Source: Gammaproteobacteria bacterium
GTDB lineage: Bacteria; Pseudomonadota; Gammaproteobacteria; Eutrophobiales; Eutrophobiaceae
Assembly: GCA_965222155.1 (NCBI GenBank)
Contig: CBDCTH010000012.1
Span: 224,001 to 288,000 of the forward strand
DNA length: 64,000 nucleotides
Direction: 5' to 3'
A program made the translations under genes and the position numbers. Position 1 is the stretch's first letter; each line of letters starts with the position of its first letter. Under the pieces are notes generated by a model that was not told the DNA's origin, made no database searches, and saw only the letters and a list, made by a program, of their open reading frames with translations. This document shows, piece after piece, positions 59,579 through 64,000 of this stretch.

Positions 59579-60508
59579 TCAGTACAAACGGCCGGCATAT
59601 TTTTCCTTGAACTGGCCACAGCTTTGAATAAGGGCATGGGTGGTGTTGGGCATCGGGACCCGGTAATTGGTCAAGTCCTCAATCAGCGTGCCACAACGGT
59701 GGAAGATATCGATTCCGCGTTTCCCCAGGGCATGTTCGCGCCGGGTTGCGTCCTCACTCAGCCTGGGCTTGCAGTCGGTAACCTGTTCGGAGGCGCTGAC
59801 AAACCGCGGCCAGATTTCAATTATGGCCGGATCGCTGCGCATTGTCTCCATGGTATATTTGGCGCTGATGGCCAGCTCCTCAATAAGGCTTATCAGATTC
59901 CTGAACATTGGCGACCTGGCAAAGACTTCATTCATTTTGTCGGTGAGCTGATCGATTTCCCGCATGGTTTGCGCAATCTTGATATAGCGGCTTTCCAGAA
60001 AGCGTTCAACAGGCGTGGTGAAGGCCCTGAAAGGTTCCCCCCAGAGCTCTTCCAGTCCCTCCCTGCCGTGTTTAACTCTAATGTATTTCCCGTATTCAAG
60101 CGCGCCCATGAAACAAAGACCGCATTCTCGCAGCAATTCATTATCCGGCTTGATGGTAACGCCAATCTGTTCCAACTCGACGACGCGGCTCAGGATATCA
60201 GCGCCGCGGTTCAGCAAGGCGCCGGCCAGCATGGCAGCCAGTACGCGTTTTCTTGATGCGTTTTCTTCCGACTCATACCTGCGCCGGACTTCTTCGAGTT
60301 TGTTGCCTGGGGTATTTATTCCGGGTTCTACGTGATGAAAGACCCGGCGGGTCAACTGGTCGATGAGGGACTTTTTATAGGCGAGGTTGTTCGGTACATC
60401 GTAATAGCGGATCCAGTAACCGTCGAAATAGATGCGTTCTTGTCCGCCTATTTCGCTGATTGTGCCGTTAGCGACTTCTTGAAGCATACTAACCGGAGGG
60501 GAGGTCAA
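59579..60508 (-). CDS. Conserved hypothetical protein coupled to shc
   Basis: 309-aa ORF overlapping the shc stop by 4 bp; YFDGYWI, LTRRVFHHVEPGINTPG, LWGEPF. Confidence 0.8.
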   Translation of the reverse strand: MTSPPVSMLQEVANGTISEIGGQERIYFDGYWIRYYDVPNNLAYKKSLIDQLTRRVFHHVEPGINTPGNKLEEVRRRYESEENASRKRVLAAMLAGALLNRGADILSRVVELEQIGVTIKPDNELLRECGLCFMGALEYGKYIRVKHGREGLEELWGEPFRAFTTPVERFLESRYIKIAQTMREIDQLTDKMNEVFARSPMFRNLISLIEELAISAKYTMETMRSDPAIIEIWPRFVSASEQVTDCKPRLSEDATRREHALGKRGIDIFHRCGTLIEDLTNYRVPMPNTTHALIQSCGQFKEKYAGRLY

Positions 60509-62574
60509 AATCTCGACTGGTAATGTTTACTGTTCAGTACGGGTAGTACTCCCAGGTCAACCGGCCCTTCCCGTACCAGCATCTCCTGGCGGGTTTCAAA
60601 TCCCTGCCGGTAACGCGCATACACACCCAATGCCCACACCGGGAAATAGTGGCTGTAACCGTGGTAACGCAGGTAGAACACGCGGGGAAATCCGGTGCCG
60701 GTAAACGCCGTTTCTTTCCAGCCTTTTGCGCCATCATAATTACGTACCAGGTAATCAATGCCTTTTTCCACTTGTTCAGATTCTGTTTCACCCATCGCCA
60801 TCAGGCCCAGTAATGCCCATGCGGTTTGCGACGCGGTGCTTTCTCCTGATCCTTTCAGGCCTGGTTCATTATATGAGTCACAACTTTCACCCCAGCCACC
60901 GTCCTTGTTCTGGGTTTCTTTTAACCATTTCACGGCTTTATGCAGGTAGGGCTGATTCGGATCCTCACCCAGGGCGCCCAAGCCGACCAGTACGGCCCAG
61001 GTTCCATAGATATAATTCACGCCCCAGCGACCGAACCAGGCGCCACAGGGCGCCTGGTCCTGTTGCAGGAATTCAATGGCGCGTGCTATGGGCGGGAAAC
61101 TCTTGTCATAGCCAAGCATCGCCAGCATTTCAATACAGCGCCCGGTCAGGTCGGCAGTGCTTGGGTCGACCAGCGCCCCATGGTCGGCGAAAGGTATGTT
61201 GTTGAGGTATTCGTAATGGTTGTCGATATCGAAAGCGCCCCAGCCGCAATCCGTATTCTGCATGCCGATAGTCCAGTTAACAGCCTGGGCAATGCGCTTT
61301 TTCTTATCCGGGTGATTATGGGCGCCGGCGCGCAGCAACGCCATCACCACCATACTGGTATCATCGACGTCAGGATAGAATTCATTTTCAAACTGGAATG
61401 CCCAGCCACCACCTTCCAGGCCCGGTGCCTTGCTGGCCCAGTCGCCCCGGGTGAATACCTGTTTGTCGAACAGCCAGTCCGTAGCCGGTTTCACGGCCTT
61501 ATTGTCGGGTCTCAAGCCGGCCTCTGACAGGGCGGACAGGCTCAGGCAGGTATCCCAGATCGGTGAGACGCAGGGTTGAACGTAAGTCTGGGTTTCTTCC
61601 TCGATCACCAGGTCTTCTATAGCCTGTATGCCACGCTTCTGGTCCGGGTCGGATACGTCATAGCCGAGCAGTTTGAGCGCATAGACCGCATTTGCCATAG
61701 CCGGGAAAATAGCGCCGATACCGCCCTCTCCGCGCATGTGGGCGCGGGTCCAGGCTTCCAGCCTGCGGATGGTAAGTCGTCTGATAAACCCGGGAACCAG
61801 CGGTTCCAACGGCTTAAGCAGACGGTCTGCCAGGATAAAACAGTTTTTGACGTGGTTCCCCGGCATAAATTTATCAATATATTTCAGCGATTCCGGTTCT
61901 TGCTTGAACAACTCCCTGATATCGGCGCCCTTATGTACCGGCCGCTGAGAGAAGATCAGCATCAGGGGAATGATGACGCAGCGTGACCAGTAAGAAACCT
62001 TATTCAGATTGAAAAACCACCAGCGCGGCAACCAGATGATCTCCGCCGGCATGGCAGGTACGGTCCTCCAGGGCACCTGACCAAACGTGGCGAGCAGGAT
62101 ACGGGTAAACACGTTGACCTGTTCCGCTCCGCCGTTATTCCTTACCCAGGCGCAAGCCCGTTGCATTATCTCCCCGGCGGGATCATGGCTGGCTGTTTTC
62201 AGGGCAAAGTAGGCTTTTACGGTCGCGCTGATATTGCCGGCGCCGCCTTCGTACAGGGGCCAGCTTCCATCAGGTAATTGGCGGCTGATTATATAATCGG
62301 CCAGGCGTTGCTCCCGCGCCGTATCTACCGTGCCCAGCAGGTGTTGCAACAGGATATATTCGGACGGGATTGTCGTATCCGCTTCAAGGTCAAAACGCCA
62401 GTACCCGGCGCGGTACTGGCGTTCCAGTAAAGCTGTGCCGGATTGTACAAGCGTGTTGGCCAGGGGGTCGGTTTGTGGAACCGGGGCTTTTGTCTCTTCC
62501 CGTTGCAGGAACCGGGCTGAAAGTAATTCACCAAATACCGTGTTTGTTATTGTTGCCGTACTTTGTTCAGACAT
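60505..62574 (-). CDS. shc: Squalene-hopene cyclase
   Basis: SPIWDT, GGWAFQFEN, YPDVDDT (DXDD), IPFADHGAL, WFGRWGVNYIYGT, QW repeats, TGTGFPRVFYLRY. Confidence 0.97.
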   Translation of the reverse strand: MSEQSTATITNTVFGELLSARFLQREETKAPVPQTDPLANTLVQSGTALLERQYRAGYWRFDLEADTTIPSEYILLQHLLGTVDTAREQRLADYIISRQLPDGSWPLYEGGAGNISATVKAYFALKTASHDPAGEIMQRACAWVRNNGGAEQVNVFTRILLATFGQVPWRTVPAMPAEIIWLPRWWFFNLNKVSYWSRCVIIPLMLIFSQRPVHKGADIRELFKQEPESLKYIDKFMPGNHVKNCFILADRLLKPLEPLVPGFIRRLTIRRLEAWTRAHMRGEGGIGAIFPAMANAVYALKLLGYDVSDPDQKRGIQAIEDLVIEEETQTYVQPCVSPIWDTCLSLSALSEAGLRPDNKAVKPATDWLFDKQVFTRGDWASKAPGLEGGGWAFQFENEFYPDVDDTSMVVMALLRAGAHNHPDKKKRIAQAVNWTIGMQNTDCGWGAFDIDNHYEYLNNIPFADHGALVDPSTADLTGRCIEMLAMLGYDKSFPPIARAIEFLQQDQAPCGAWFGRWGVNYIYGTWAVLVGLGALGEDPNQPYLHKAVKWLKETQNKDGGWGESCDSYNEPGLKGSGESTASQTAWALLGLMAMGETESEQVEKGIDYLVRNYDGAKGWKETAFTGTGFPRVFYLRYHGYSHYFPVWALGVYARYRQGFETRQEMLVREGPVDLGVLPVLNSKHYQSRF

Positions 62575-62663
62575 CGCTCCATTTCCACAAGGGACTTAAA
62601 CACACTATCTTAATCTATCTTGTTAAATGTGCAAGTAATTTTTGTGAAATGCCCGGTAGGAAT

Positions 62664-62869
62664 CAGGGCAAACGCATACTTTTGAATTCAGACGTTTTTA
62701 CCCGATTCCGTCATTCTGGCGCAAGCCAGAATCCAGTGAATAACCCTTCATCACCCTGAGCATGCGCTGTTGTTTGACTGGATGCTGGCATTCGCCAGCA
62801 TGACGGGCGGCGTTTTCCGGTTGGTTTCCTGTCTTCTGCAACAGAATCCAAAAGTATGCGGGTGCCTTG
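62664..62869 (+). mobile_element. MITE-A copy 3
   Basis: 206 bp; right TIR slightly degenerate; perfect 10-bp TSD CGGTAGGAAT. Confidence 0.92.
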
Positions 62870-62891
62870 CGGTAGGAATCCAAGCTCATTT

Positions 62892-62990
62892 ACCATTCCC
62901 GCGAAGCTTGTCCCCCTGCTTTCGCAGGGGCAGGCTCTGCGCAAGCAGGGAGCGGGAATCCAGTGTATTTGCGGATGGATTCCTGCCCCT
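62892..62990. repeat. dRS3-like nested palindromic repeat
   Basis: CATTCCCGC...CCCCTGCTTTCGCAGGGG...GCGGGAATCCAG...GGATTCCTGC. Confidence 0.6.
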
Positions 62991-63137
62991 GCTCAACAGC
63001 ATACAGGGGTAAACTTTCGCAAATGGGCGTGTGCAATTTTCTGCTGTATCTCTGGCCTTGTGAATTCGCCTGTTAACCAGGTAGCTGATTCACCAGCAAT
63101 GGGTTTACAGGAAATGAGTCAGTTTTTACCTTACCTG

Positions 63138-63572
63138 TCAGTCAAACAAGGGATTGCGAGTCATCAGTGACGGGAAACGACTGAAGTCCCTGTCCGCCGT
63201 CAAAAACTCACGGACTCCGTGAGAGAGGCAGATAGCGGCTATACGTGCATCATGGATTTCAGGACCGCGCACTCTCCCGTCTGCAATCTGCGATTTAAGT
63301 TGTGACCAATATTCGGTCGTTTCACCTATCAGCACCAGCGCTGGCGATGCGAGCCAAGCCTCAATCTGCTCAAGAGCTTGTTTCGTGGATGAAGGCGGGT
63401 CGTAAATTCGGGGATGCGTTGCGATAGCCAGGAATTCGTGAATACAGGGCCACGGTATTGCCCAGGCATGTCGGGCTTCGGCAAGTCCTTTGACTAATTC
63501 CCAGGCGCGCCGGTTCCACTCAGAATCCTGCCGGTGGGCATAAACCATTATGTTGGTGTCAATGGCAATCAA
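63138..63572 (-). CDS. vapC: PIN-domain toxin
   Basis: IAIDTNI, IHEF, DARIAA, LTADRDF. Confidence 0.93.
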   Translation of the reverse strand: MIAIDTNIMVYAHRQDSEWNRRAWELVKGLAEARHAWAIPWPCIHEFLAIATHPRIYDPPSSTKQALEQIEAWLASPALVLIGETTEYWSQLKSQIADGRVRGPEIHDARIAAICLSHGVREFLTADRDFSRFPSLMTRNPLFD

Positions 63573-63814
63573 CCGCCATGCCCCTCATAGGCGCTATCTC
63601 GGATAGCCGCCCAGGGCCTGTTCCTGAACTCAGCCTGCAACCCGCTACCGGTTACGCTCTTATCAACCAATTGGAATGCCTGTGTTTGTTGCGCCTCTTG
63701 CAGAGCATGGCGGATACCTTGTTCAACAATCGAGCGAAAAGTGGTACCACGCTGCGCGGCAAGGGCCTTGGCCTCCAGCGCCAGGGCATCTGATATATCG
63801 ATAGTTGTTTTCAT
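63569..63814 (-). CDS. vapB: Antitoxin (RHH, VapB-like)
   Basis: MKTTIDISDAL; overlaps the vapC start by 4 bp. Confidence 0.85.
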   Translation of the reverse strand: MKTTIDISDALALEAKALAAQRGTTFRSIVEQGIRHALQEAQQTQAFQLVDKSVTGSGLQAEFRNRPWAAIRDSAYEGHGG

Positions 63815-63821
63815 ACTGTTA

Positions 63822-63843
63822 ACCCATATTATGCAATATGGGT
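63822..63843. promoter_or_regulatory. Candidate vapBC operator palindrome
   Basis: ACCCATATT atgc AATATGGGT immediately upstream of vapB. Confidence 0.6.
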
Positions 63844-64000
63844 AACCATATCCATTAAGGACTATCTCGTCAAGGACTAAATTTGAAAGGAATTAACCCA
63901 TCAGAGAATCACGAAGGAGCGCGCTGAAACCCTCGGCGGGGTTAAAAATCTACGGTCGTTCCTTCATCCGATTTCAGCGCTTTTGCATAGATGTCTTTTG

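Noticed and set aside
63942-64000. Possible 3' end of a minus-strand gene (...KDIYAKALKSDEGTTVDF*)
   Set aside because: Too short to support or identify.
1-64000. tRNA or rRNA genes
   Set aside because: None recognised by eye; a tRNAscan/Infernal run would be needed to exclude small RNAs.

Overview
This 64-kb window looks like a free-living or host-associated Gammaproteobacterium (inference from TonB receptors, PutA/Lrp, PaaE/PaaX, squalene-hopene cyclase; the ankyrin protein and dense MITEs are reminiscent of sponge symbionts). It contains catabolic clusters (thiolase/CoA-transferase/TonB receptor; tesB/SDR; two hydantoinase A/B pairs with permease, racemase and TonB receptor), a TolC/MacB-type exporter whose adaptor carries an N-terminal PAS domain, a Menshen-like DUF262/AAA-DUF3696 defence cassette, Fic, VapBC, several pseudogenes and at least two MITE families. 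The most striking structure is a 3.3-kb array (10135-13444) in which six copies of a ~180-bp palindromic element alternate with five copies of a small membrane-anchored coiled-coil gene. The copies differ almost only in the number (0,4,1,5,3 extra) and sequence variant of a 33-bp/11-aa repeat, and each has its own extended -10 promoter candidate. Also seen: a poly-G tract in a TonB receptor promoter spacer, and a candidate operator shared by a MalT-like regulator and the hydantoinase cluster. All family calls come from motif recognition by eye; no searches were run.
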